64,000 nucleotides of DNA from an uncultured Chloroflexia bacterium. Lineage in GTDB: Bacteria; Chloroflexota; Anaerolineae; B4-G1; SLSP01. The notes beneath the pieces were generated by a model. The model saw nothing but the letters and a program-made list of their open reading frames with translations, had not been told where the DNA came from and made no database searches. Of this stretch, positions 21,348 through 30,780 are shown piece after piece. The stretch covers positions 86,707 to 150,706 of the forward strand of contig CAVVUS010000013.1 in NCBI GenBank assembly GCA_963751345.1, read 5' to 3'. Position 1 is the stretch's first letter; each line of letters opens with the position of its first letter. Both the position numbers and the translations under genes were made by a program.

Positions 21348-22712
21348 TCATCGTACCGCCAACGTCTGGAGGACAACGCGACTGTCGGCTAGCGGGTTCC
21401 CCGAGCTGTCGTGCGGCACCAGCCGGTCGCCGCTCTCCAGCAAATAGAGGCCCACCGCGACCTCGTAGTCGCCCCTGGCCATGTCAGCAGGTAGCGCGAG
21501 GATATGCTCATCCCGGACATACTCGCCCGGCGCCCACCCGTCGGTCGGATAGAAGCCGTAGACCGGCACGCTGTCATCCTGGGTCACCAGCCCGCCGGCG
21601 CCGTCGAGGACGTGAACAAAGACGCGGTAGCTCTCAACGACCGGTCTGTCGGCCGACCAGAGTAGCACTACGCGAAAGGATGAACCAACCGCGACCCGCT
21701 GCGGCATGTCATAGCCCAGGAGCTGGATCTCGTCGGGGGCACCGCCCCCGCCCGGTCCCGAGAAGACGTAGCGGACAGTGTGATCCATCGGAATTGGCGT
21801 CGCACTGGCATCGGGCGGGTGCACCACCTCGGTGAGGGAAAGGGCATCCTGCGTCTGTCCGCCTTGCGCCTGGTACGGCACGAGCCTGCCGCTGGGCTCC
21901 GCCAACTCGACGGTAATCCGGTACGTGCCCTGGGGCAGATCGTCCGGCGGCGCCAGGACATAGCGCGCCGTCAGACGGGCGTCGGCCAGCGGGGCGATGC
22001 CGGATGGCGCAAGGCGGGCCTCGCTCTGTGCCCAGGTCTTGCCTGTGGCGGCCTCGACCAGCCGGACTGTGACGCGCAACGGTGCGGCGTCGCGTCCCGG
22101 CACGTCATCCCAGAAGAGGGTCAGATCAACCGGCTCGCCGGGCGTCACCCGCGGGCCGGCGACCCGAAACGCGCGCAGCACGACCGCCTCGCTGAGGAAC
22201 TGCCCGGTCATCTCTGTGGTGGCACCGGCATCGAAAGGCGAGGGCGTGTAGGCAAAGAGGGTCGCTGTGCCTCCCGGCAGCCCGGGCGCGGGCCATGCGG
22301 TCAGCGGGCGGTACCGATCCACAAACCACGGCTGCGCGATCACACCATCCCAGGCCACGCCACCCGTCGCAAGGACGTAGTCGGGACGGGCCGTGTCGAG
22401 CGCGGCGAGCACGTCGTACGCGTCGACCGTCACCGGCAGCGCCACCGCATCGCGATCGGCGAAGCAGCGCTCGACGCCGGCGGGCACGGCCACGCTCTCC
22501 TGGGGTAGCGCCTGGGCGTCGAGCCAGGCAGCGACCGCGCCAAAGTCCGGGGTGCCCGAGCAACCGGGTGAGCAGCTCGTCGCACCCAGCACCAGCAACG
22601 AGGCGCCGAGCAAGGCCACGACGGCCCGCACGAGGAGCGGGCGGATCAGGGCTCGAAGGGGTACAAAGGTGTTCACACGGCGCATTCTACCGCTCCAGGG
22701 CATTCCGAGCAA
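21348..22712 (-). CDS. Exported protein with duplicated extracellular domain of the type found on Chloroflexi GT-C glycosyltransferases
   Basis: N-terminal hydrophobic segment; LTLFW...PGTYRI and VVLLWSA..YRVFVHVLD..DDSVP..YPTDGWAPGEYVRDEH..GLYL modules; start uncertain. Confidence 0.6.
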   Translation of the reverse strand: MLGMPWSGRMRRVNTFVPLRALIRPLLVRAVVALLGASLLVLGATSCSPGCSGTPDFGAVAAWLDAQALPQESVAVPAGVERCFADRDAVALPVTVDAYDVLAALDTARPDYVLATGGVAWDGVIAQPWFVDRYRPLTAWPAPGLPGGTATLFAYTPSPFDAGATTEMTGQFLSEAVVLRAFRVAGPRVTPGEPVDLTLFWDDVPGRDAAPLRVTVRLVEAATGKTWAQSEARLAPSGIAPLADARLTARYVLAPPDDLPQGTYRITVELAEPSGRLVPYQAQGGQTQDALSLTEVVHPPDASATPIPMDHTVRYVFSGPGGGGAPDEIQLLGYDMPQRVAVGSSFRVVLLWSADRPVVESYRVFVHVLDGAGGLVTQDDSVPVYGFYPTDGWAPGEYVRDEHILALPADMARGDYEVAVGLYLLESGDRLVPHDSSGNPLADSRVVLQTLAVR

Positions 22713-22765
22713 GACTCCGCCCCCGCCGAACCCGACGCCTCAGGTTCCAGGCACGGCAGAGCGTC

Positions 22766-22797
22766 GGTGCCGGGGACTTTCCGCAGTCCCCGGCACC
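22766..22797. repeat. Perfect 13-bp-stem palindrome, family C
   Basis: GGTGCCGGGGACT-ttccgc-AGTCCCCGGCACC. Confidence 0.75.
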
Positions 22798-22989
22798 TGG
22801 AGGCCCAGCCCCGTTCGCCCGCTGGACTCGTTACCGGGGGACAGGCAACAGCACCCCTTTCAGATGACTTCGCCCCCGTTCTGAAATGTTAGTATGTGAG
22901 AGGCAGGTGAGAGAGGACTTGAGGCGAGGGAAGGGCTAAGCTAGCAGCACTGGGCACAGCCTGAGGTCGAGGGAGCTGTCTTCGGCCGC

Positions 22990-23326
22990 GGGCCGGGCCT
23001 GGCTGGCACACCAGAGGTTGCCCCAGGCGGAGCAACTCATCCTCAGACAGCTGCTCGCACGCGTCGATTTCTCAGAGAAGCAGATCCATGTCGTCGACAG
23101 CGAGATCCCACGTTCGGTGCATGGCAATCGTCGCACCGGGCGTACCATTCTTGAAGGCCACGCGGATAGCGCACCAGGTTTGGTCGACCTCACCGATCAC
23201 GTTCTCCGGGATGGAGATCGTCTAAGCACCCGGAAGACTGCGTTTGTCGGTCGGATGCTCGCTCGATCCACCGTCCCAGAATGGTTCCAGGATCGGTTCT
23301 GCCTCGTTGATGGGTACGATGGTCAT
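22990..23326 (-). pseudogene. Gene remnant with in-frame stops
   Basis: GAGGAG RBS + ATG, then MTIVPINEAEPILEPFWDGG..., continuing as protein-like sequence through TAG and TGA stops; end approximate. Confidence 0.4.
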
Positions 23327-23335
23327 CGTCACTCC

Positions 23336-23881
23336 TCAGTTTGTCAGGATCCCTGTTGGCTTCCCGTCCAGGCTCACCGAATTGGCCTCCCGCCAATACG
23401 TCCGGAGGCCTTCCTCTCCCTGATCCGCCAACCAACTCGTCAACTCGTCGCGATCCCCAACGAAGTCATACAAGGGCACACCTGAGCCGCACGATGTCTG
23501 CACGAGGTCAACGTGCATATCGATGATCTGGCGTGGACCCGGAAGCTGAGGGAAGCGTGAGATCAGATCGGCCCAATCGTCATCCTGTGCATGGACCGAT
23601 CGGGCGTGCCCATACAAACGCAAGATAAGTGGGTCACCCTCGAATGCGCAGAACATCAGTGTCATCCGTTCGTTCTCGATCAAATGCGCCGCGGTCTCGT
23701 TTCCGCTGCCGGTTAGGTTTAGCCAAGCTACGCGGTTGTCGCCCAGGACCCGTAACGTATCCAGCCCCTTCGGTGATACGTTGACCCTCCCGTCTACAGC
23801 GGCTGTTCCCACGAAGTAGATCCTCTGTCGTCCGATAAATGTCTTCATCTCGTCGTTCATTGCTGCGTATCGTTGACCCAT
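23336..23881 (-). CDS. Pyridoxamine 5'-phosphate oxidase-like FMN-binding protein
   Basis: GRVNVSPKG, WLNLTGSGNETAAH, MFCAFEG and QTSCG motifs; GGAGGT RBS. Confidence 0.9.
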   Translation of the reverse strand: MGQRYAAMNDEMKTFIGRQRIYFVGTAAVDGRVNVSPKGLDTLRVLGDNRVAWLNLTGSGNETAAHLIENERMTLMFCAFEGDPLILRLYGHARSVHAQDDDWADLISRFPQLPGPRQIIDMHVDLVQTSCGSGVPLYDFVGDRDELTSWLADQGEEGLRTYWREANSVSLDGKPTGILTN

Positions 23882-24199
23882 CGCTATTACCTCCAAGTGA
23901 TCGTCGCTGTTCATATCTGGCGACCCAAATATAGCTTCGTTCTCGATGCAGTCCAAGCTGCTGGTGCTACCGACCTCTTCCCGGCGCGGTGGGCGTGTTC
24001 CAACTTCGGGGCGACACCAGCGGTTGAGGCAATGCGAATCCTGTGAGGATTCTGTAAGAGCCAGGTTCCCGATCAGTACTAAAGGACTGGGCAATAAGGT
24101 GACTCATTTTGACTTCTAGCGAGGGGGTTTTACACTCAATCATGATTTGTTGTGAGGCAGTCTTGGCAGAGCCCCAATGGACAAATCAAGGAGGTTCTC

Positions 24200-25380
24200 A
24201 TGACGAGTACTTCTTCTCGGAGGAACGGGCGTCTTTGGGAAAAGTGCAGCAGCTCTCCTTGCCCGTGAGAAAGAGATCACCGAGATAGCGGTTGCTAGCA
24301 GGCATCTCGATACCGCACAACGAACCGCATCAAATATCGGTGACAAAGCGCGTGCAGTGTGCGTTGACATCAAAGATCTGACCAAGCTTTCGTCTATCGC
24401 AAGTGATTACAGTATCATCGTTAATGCTGCCGGACCCACGTCTGAAACACAGTTGCCCGCGATCCGGGCGGCTATTGAAGCGGGTGTCCACTACTGCGAT
24501 CTGGGTATTCTCGGGCGAACTGCAGAAAAAGCACTCAAACTGAACTCACAGGCGCAGGCGAAAGGTGTGACCGCCATCATCGGTACCGGCTGGTGTGCTA
24601 TTCGGAGTCTGATGACAGTGCACGCCGCACACCAACTTGACGAAATCGACGAGTTGTTCGCCTGCTTTCAATTCGACTACTCCCAAGGAGGATTCTTCTC
24701 GCCTGGAGAATTTCCTCGCCAGGGTGCACAAGCACGGTCGCGTAGAAACCAGCGCTGTAGATATCATGGAAAGTGCACGCGGTCCCGTCAAGATATATCG
24801 AGCAGGAAGATGGCTCTCTATCGAACCCATCGAAGGTCCAATGGAAATCTTTCATCCGGCGGGAACCATGATCACCGCCTATCCTTTGGATTCCTCGGAG
24901 GCGGTAACCTTACCTGACTACCTGCCTGGGGTGAGAAACATATCCATCTTGATGAGCTTCGTCCCGCCTCCTCTTAACGAGCTCATATTGCAGCATGGCC
25001 ACCGGATGGTGAAAGGTGAAATTGATCCGGCCAGTGCAATCGTGGCATTCTATGAAGCAGCTTTGGCGGACAAGGAATGCTGGCTCGCAACTCCACACGG
25101 TTATCCTGGCGGGTGGTGGATGTGGGCTGGTGTGACAGGGCGGAAGAACGGGCGGAAAGCACGATATCTGTGCTGGCCGGCAATGTTTCTGGATTGGACA
25201 AGCGTTCCCCTCATAATCGTAGCTCTGCGTATTCTAAGGGGGGAAGTATCTATGCACGGAGTCCTGCCACCTGAGGCGTGTTTTGAGCTTGGATCTTTCT
25301 TCGAGGAGGTAGCTAAGTATGTGGGCGAAGAACACCGTGGGAAACCCCTGTTGATCGAGCGCTTTGACTGGCTGGAATAG
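24200..25380 (+). CDS. Saccharopine dehydrogenase-like NAD(P)-binding oxidoreductase; frameshifts near 24204 and 24705
   Basis: [12 protein letters not shown] Rossmann motif, [16 protein letters not shown] and GVLPPE; AAGGAGG RBS. Confidence 0.8.
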
Positions 25381-25484
25381 AAGGTGCATATCCGCTAGAT
25401 CACACAAGCGCCTCAGACCTGCTGCCGAAATGGCGAAATGCGGTAAGCTTGGGGCAGGGATTCGCAGCAAGGGAGGGTATACCG

Positions 25485-26453
25485 ATGAAAGCAGTACGTG
25501 TACACGAGTTTGGCGGGCCGGAAGTCATGGTGTACGAGGAGATCGAGACACCCACGCCGGGGCCCGGCGAGGTGCTCGTCAAGATCGAGGCCGCGGGCGT
25601 GAACTACGTCGACGTCTACCGTCGCAAGGGAAACTACAAGGGAGCACTGCCCTTCACCGAGGGCGAGGAGGCCGCCGGGCGCGTGATGGCGGTCGGCCCC
25701 GGTGTCACCACCGTCCGCCCGGGCGATCTCGTGGCCTACGGGACGTCCCGCGGAGCCTATGCGGAGTTCGCCGTCGTTCCCGAAGCGAGCCTCGCCGTGG
25801 TGCCCGAGGGCATTAGCGCGCGCCAGGCCGCCGCGGTGATCCTTCAAGGCATGACCGCCCACTACCTGGCCACCAGCACCTACCCGCTGCAGGAGGGCGA
25901 GTTGGCGCTGATCCACGCTGCAGCCGGCGGCGTCGGAGGGCTGTTGGTACAGATCGCGAAGCGCCGGGGTGCCATCGTCTTCGCAACCTGCTCGACCGAG
26001 CCAAAGGCCGAACGGGTCCGGGGGCTGGGCGCCGACGAGGTCATCCTCTACTCGCAGACCGACTTCCACGCCGAGGTCATGCGGCTCACCGAGGGGGCCG
26101 GCGTTGACGTGGTCTACGATGGCGTGGGCCAGGCCACCTTTATGAGCAGCCTGAACTGCCTCCACCCACGCGGAATGATGGTGCTCTTTGGCGCCGCCAG
26201 CGGGCCTGTGGCGCCGCTCGACCCTCAGGTACTCAACCAAAAGGGGTCGCTCTACCTGACGCGTCCCACCCTTGGCAACTACGCGGCTACCCGCGCCGAG
26301 CTTCAGCAGCGGGCGACCGATCTCTTTACCTGGATGGCGGCAGGGGAGCTTGACGTGCCCATTGACCGGGAGTTTCCATTGCGAGAGGCGGCTGCGGCGC
26401 ACCGGTACATCGAGGACCGCCGCACGATGGGGAAGCTGCTGCTGATTCCGTAG
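25485..26453 (+). CDS. qor: NADPH:quinone oxidoreductase (zeta-crystallin/MDR family)
   Basis: [36 protein letters not shown] and GKLLLIP motifs. Confidence 0.9.
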   Translation: MKAVRVHEFGGPEVMVYEEIETPTPGPGEVLVKIEAAGVNYVDVYRRKGNYKGALPFTEGEEAAGRVMAVGPGVTTVRPGDLVAYGTSRGAYAEFAVVPEASLAVVPEGISARQAAAVILQGMTAHYLATSTYPLQEGELALIHAAAGGVGGLLVQIAKRRGAIVFATCSTEPKAERVRGLGADEVILYSQTDFHAEVMRLTEGAGVDVVYDGVGQATFMSSLNCLHPRGMMVLFGAASGPVAPLDPQVLNQKGSLYLTRPTLGNYAATRAELQQRATDLFTWMAAGELDVPIDREFPLREAAAAHRYIEDRRTMGKLLLIP

Positions 26454-26475
26454 GTAGGTCCGTCGCTCTCGAAGA

Positions 26476-26535
26476 AGACCTTTGAGCTTTCCTCGTCGTG
26501 CCGACACCTCGTCGACGGGCAAAGCTCAAAGGTCT
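26476..26535. repeat. Palindromic repeat, family B (15-bp perfect arms) between convergent genes; possible terminator
   Basis: AGACCTTTGAGCTTT ... AAAGCTCAAAGGTCT. Confidence 0.75.
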
Positions 26536-26541
26536 CGCTGC

Positions 26542-28192
26542 TCACTCGACCTTGTAGAGGGTCGCCCAGTGGCCTCGCATCCGGAAGCGACGCATCCGGC
26601 TGAGCACCTGCTCGGTGTACTTGCCGGCCACCTCGACAAGTGTGCGGTCTTTCTGGATATCGATGGCGCCGATGCTCTTGCCGGGGATATCGGCCTCGCC
26701 GGCGATAGAGCCCACGACGTCGCGGGGACGCACGCCTTGCGCCTCCCCAAGATCCATCGCGAGCCGCACCATTCCGCCGCTGCTGCGCGATCCTTCGGAC
26801 CCGCGGCGTCGGCCACTGCGCCGGCTGTATGACGAGGTCCGCGCGCCCTTGACCTTGCTGCCGTCGCGAGGATTCGCGCACTTCCGCGATTGGCTCGATG
26901 GGCAGGGTCGGCTCCCCGGCCCGCGCCAGTTGGATCGCCGCGGCGGCGACAGTCTCGGGCGCGAAGCCGAGATCGGTGAGCTGTTTCACCAGACCGTGCT
27001 CCGACTCCTGAATCTGCGTCACCGCCTGGAGCATCTTCTGCAGGAACTTGGCGTCGCGGTGGGCGAGAACCCGTTCCTCCGGTGGCACCTCGGCGCGGTC
27101 GATGGTCTGAAGCGTAAAGGCCTCGATATCGCGGAGCCGGCGGCGCTCCCGCGGCGTAAGCAGCGTCAGCGCGATGCCCGCCTTGCCGGCGCGCCCCGTG
27201 CGCCCGATCCGGTGCACGTAGGCCTCGGGGTCGGTAGGCACGTCGTAGTTGATGACGTGCGAGATGTCCTCGATGTCGAGCCCGCGGGCCGCTACGTCGG
27301 TGGCCACCAGGATCCGGATCTGACCCTCGCGGAAGTGGGCCATCACTCGCTCGCGTGCAGCCTGCGGCATATCGCCGTGGAGCGCCTCGACAGGGACGCC
27401 GCGCGCAAAGAGCTGCTCGGCAAGCTTGGCCGTGCCGACCTTCGTACGGCTGAAGATCAGGACCCGCGTCGCCTCCTCTACCTCCAGCAGACGGGTCAGG
27501 GCGGCGAGTTTGTCGCTTTCGTAGACCAGGTAGTAGCGCTGCTGGGTCGTCTCCAGCGTCACCTGCTCGGGATCGACCGCGATGGTCTCGGGCGTATGCA
27601 TATAGCGCTCGGCCAGGCTGCGGATCGGCTTCGGCAGCGTCGCCGAGAAGAGCGCGGTCTGGCGCGTCTCAGGCGTCTCGCTGAGGATGGCCTCCATATC
27701 TTCGATGAAGCCCATGGACAGCATCTCGTCGGCCTCGTCAAGCACCACCGTGCGGACCGCGTCCAGGTGGAGGATGCCTTTGCGGATCAGATCGAGCATC
27801 CGCCCGGGCGTGCCCACGACGACGTCAACGCCGCGTTCCAGCCGCCGGATCTGGCGGTCGTAGGATTGGCCGCCGTAGATGGCCAGTACGCTGACGCGGC
27901 GGTGTTGGCCGTAGTCACGGAATGCCTTGGCGACCTGCATCGCCAGCTCGCGCGTGGGTTCGATGACGAGCCCCTGCACGCCTCGCACATCCGCCTCGAG
28001 GCGGTGTAACATCGGCAGCGCGAAAGCCGCCGTCTTGCCGGTGCCCGTCTGGGCCTGGCCCAGGACGTCGCGCCCGGCCAACATCGCCGGGATCGCCTTG
28101 TCCTGGATCGGGGTCGGCGTCTCGTACTCCAGTTCATCCACGGCCTGCAGCAACAGCGGGTGCAGGTCAAAAACCTCAAATGCTTCGCTCAT
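26542..28192 (-). CDS. deaD: DEAD-box RNA helicase with C-terminal DbpA-type RNA-binding domain; frameshift near 26830
   Basis: AQTGTGKT, PTRELA, DEAD, SAT and HRIGRTGR motifs; MVRLAMDLG..VRPRDVVGSIA..IGAIDI C-domain in 26542-26772. Confidence 0.92.
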
Positions 28193-28210
28193 CTCGTACG
28201 CTCACTTCCC

Positions 28211-28244
28211 AAGAAAAAAGGCTCTGCCACTTCCGGCAGAGCCT
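28211..28244 (-). terminator. Intrinsic terminator inside the deaD 5' leader (attenuator candidate)
   Basis: Minus strand AGGCTCTGCC-ggaagt-GGCAGAGCCT then TTTTTCTT, about 19 nt before the deaD ATG. Confidence 0.75.
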
Positions 28245-28288
28245 CGCTTGATTCTCTGTGTCTCAAAACAGGTGTGTCTGCAGCACCT

Positions 28289-28297
28289 ATTATACCA
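28289..28297 (-). promoter_or_regulatory. Extended -10 promoter of deaD (TGGTATAAT)
   Basis: Perfect TGnTATAAT about 100 bp upstream of the start. Confidence 0.7.
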
Positions 28298-28457
28298 CGT
28301 TTGGCGCGTCTGCCATTTACTCCGCAGGTTCGGGCAACCGCACGCTCCCGTTCGGGAAGCTGCCTGGCGGTCGGTTTGGTCGAATGGTGCAAATGTGATT
28401 CTGAGCCGAAGGTGAGGAGTTCTGCCGCGCTCGATGGCATCTCGCCTCTTTTCGAGC

Positions 28458-29741
28458 TCAGATGCTCCGGCAGACCTTGGCGACCCGCTTGGCCATCGCG
28501 ATGATCGTCAGAATGGGCGGGTTGCCCAGAGATTTGGGCAGCAGGCTGGCATCGGCCACATAGAGGTTCTCGGGAAGCCGGTCGGAATGAAAGCTCACGG
28601 CTTCCTTTGTCGTAAGGGGTAGCATCCCTCCCGGATGGCCGGCGATCGTGGTGCCCAGGAACATGTCCGCGTCACGTGCACCACAATGGTGCAAGATCTC
28701 CCTACAGATCGCGACGCCCTCATCCAACCTACGCCGGTCGTGGTCCGTGAGGCCCTTATCCAACCTATGCCTCGAGATGGTGCCGAGCCCATCGTCCGCC
28801 AGCTTGATCATGATCGACAAGATATCACCGGCGGGCAGCCGCCAGTCCCGGTTGAAGAAGAAACTCAGGTGGTCGAAGTAGGGAGAGAGGATGATGTGCT
28901 CCCGGGTGGAGACGAATGGCATCGTGACATCTCTGTGCTGGTTACATCCAGGCGACCTGGCTGCAACACACAGAACCGGATCGACAAATAGGCGCGGCTC
29001 ACACGCGATGCCGGAGTTCTGCAAAATCACCGGCGTGCCCAGCCCGCCCGCAGCCAGGACGACCAGGTCAGAGGGATAGAGACGACGGCCCCACGCCGTT
29101 CTCGCCCAGACCCCGATCGCGCGTGCACCCTTGATCGCCACGCTCTCAACCTGGCGACCGGTGATCACCTGAGACCCCTTCTCCTCGGCGACCTTGAGGA
29201 ATCGACGGCTGTCCCACTTCACCCCGTTGGGGCAACCCAACTGACACCGACCGCAGTGCATACAGCGCTCATACTCCCCCATCTTGGGCGTCGGCTGCGG
29301 CCCCAGGCCCAGTTCCTCGAAGATCGCGAACAACCGCCGGGTGACCTCGCGCCACTTTGCCTGGTGCGCAGTGGTCACCGGCACCTCGCGATAGACCTCC
29401 TCGAACTCAGCGTCCAGGTCGATCCCCAGGGCTCTCAGATCCGGGTCCAGGCGCAGAGCGCTTCCTGTGCACAGGGTGGTCGTACCGCCCAGCCCGACGC
29501 CGTTGACCAGAATCATCTCATCGGCTGCGCGCCGGGTCTTGAATGCCGGCATGGCCAACCGGATCTCGCGCTCGTCGAAGAGCAAGCCGAACTGTCTCAA
29601 CTTCTCCAGCTCTCCCAGCCCCGCGCCAAGAGGTCTGAATTCCCTGCCGGCCTCCAGCACCGTCACATCATAGTGGCCCTGGAGTTCCTTGGCCACGGTC
29701 GCGCCACCCGCGCCACTGCCCACCACGATGGCCTTCCTCAC
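28458..29741 (-). CDS. GMC family FAD oxidoreductase
   Basis: VVGSGAGG, GLGGTT, CMHCGRCQLGC, LAAGGLGTP, HPGG and NLYVADAS..GNPPILT motifs. Confidence 0.88.
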   Translation of the reverse strand: MRKAIVVGSGAGGATVAKELQGHYDVTVLEAGREFRPLGAGLGELEKLRQFGLLFDEREIRLAMPAFKTRRAADEMILVNGVGLGGTTTLCTGSALRLDPDLRALGIDLDAEFEEVYREVPVTTAHQAKWREVTRRLFAIFEELGLGPQPTPKMGEYERCMHCGRCQLGCPNGVKWDSRRFLKVAEEKGSQVITGRQVESVAIKGARAIGVWARTAWGRRLYPSDLVVLAAGGLGTPVILQNSGIACEPRLFVDPVLCVAARSPGCNQHRDVTMPFVSTREHIILSPYFDHLSFFFNRDWRLPAGDILSIMIKLADDGLGTISRHRLDKGLTDHDRRRLDEGVAICREILHHCGARDADMFLGTTIAGHPGGMLPLTTKEAVSFHSDRLPENLYVADASLLPKSLGNPPILTIIAMAKRVAKVCRSI

Positions 29742-30290
29742 CGATCGCTCTCCTTCGGCGGCTGCAGCATCGCCCTGCAGCGCGGTCGGCCCTCCGTAAG
29801 CCGCTCCGAGAACGCAAGCCGGCGGCCCCCCGAAAGGCCCGAGAAAACCCCATCGTCCAGGGCAGAGATCAGGTCACAGATCGGACCGGAGTAGACCTCG
29901 GCTAAAGTAGCAGCGTTTCACCGTCACATTGCCCTGGAGATCGCCCTCCATGTCAACCCCGATTGCCCGGTAGAGTATCTGCGCCAGCCTCATCGTCTCC
30001 GCCGTCCTATGGATGCGCGACCATCTCCGAAGCCTTGCGCCCAGGGGATAGGCGTTCCGGTAAAGCTGCGTCTTGAGAGCAGCTATGTCATACCCGTCCC
30101 TGAACGCCTTATCGGCCTGCTCCATGGTGAACAGGGCGTAGCTCTGCAGGCCCGCATCGTGGGAAAGCCGGGACAACGCGGGGCCCGCACACCCGAAGGC
30201 ATCCGCCGTGGCCTCACACAGCTCTGCCAGGAGGACACGACGAATCCATACCGGGAGGCCGGTGGGAAGCATACCCAGCAGGATATTCAT
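29738..30290 (-). CDS. Hypothetical protein, ATC-hydrolase/V4R-like Cys pattern; frameshift near 29900
   Basis: VTVKRCYFS continues in another frame as ICDLISALDDGVFSGLSGG..LTEGRPRC; stop overlaps the GMC start. Confidence 0.6.
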
Positions 30291-30315
30291 CGTCAGTAGC
30301 CTGCGGTGTTGGCGA

Positions 30316-30702
30316 TCAACAAGACCCCGAAGTCATACAGCAGGGCGCGACAGCCACATCCAGCGCTTTGATCAGCACCAAAAGGATGCCGGCGAGGATG
30401 GATATGCCCACAACACCGGGAAGCCGGTCCCGAATGGGCTCTCGCCGCGTCCGGCCCTCGACGAATGGCATCCCCAGGCCGGCTCGGCTGGCGAACCAAA
30501 GGCCGGCGGCTCCCAAGGCTGCATAGATCAGCAGGTTGATACCCGCGCTGAGAAGAAGACTCAAGATGCCGGGGGACGCCGTAGCCGTTGTCGTCAGGAG
30601 ATACGGCTGGATGGCCAACACCGCCGGAACGAGCAGCCCTACCAGAAGCAGGTAGGCCCTCACGTTGAATGGTCGCTTGACCTGCAGCAGAAGGTGTCTC
30701 AT
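30316..30702 (-). CDS. Small hydrophobic membrane protein, possibly a truncated remnant
   Basis: 128-aa ORF with three TM segments and GLWFASRAGLGMP; C-terminus looks truncated. Confidence 0.45.
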   Translation of the reverse strand: MRHLLLQVKRPFNVRAYLLLVGLLVPAVLAIQPYLLTTTATASPGILSLLLSAGINLLIYAALGAAGLWFASRAGLGMPFVEGRTRREPIRDRLPGVVGISILAGILLVLIKALDVAVAPCCMTSGSC

Positions 30703-30780
30703 CGTCTCCTCACTTATACTCGAAAAGTGCCTCTGGGTACCCTGCGGTCTCGTCCGTCGTGGGACGCGGCAGCTCTTCCA

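Noticed and set aside
22990-23326. Stop-codon recoding (TAG/TGA read-through) in the remnant ORF
   Set aside because: Two different stops, no recoding signals, and TAG/TGA terminate normal genes throughout the window
26772-26860. Programmed frameshift in deaD or other split genes
   Set aside because: No consistent slippery sites, and indels are scattered through many unrelated genes, so assembly error is more parsimonious
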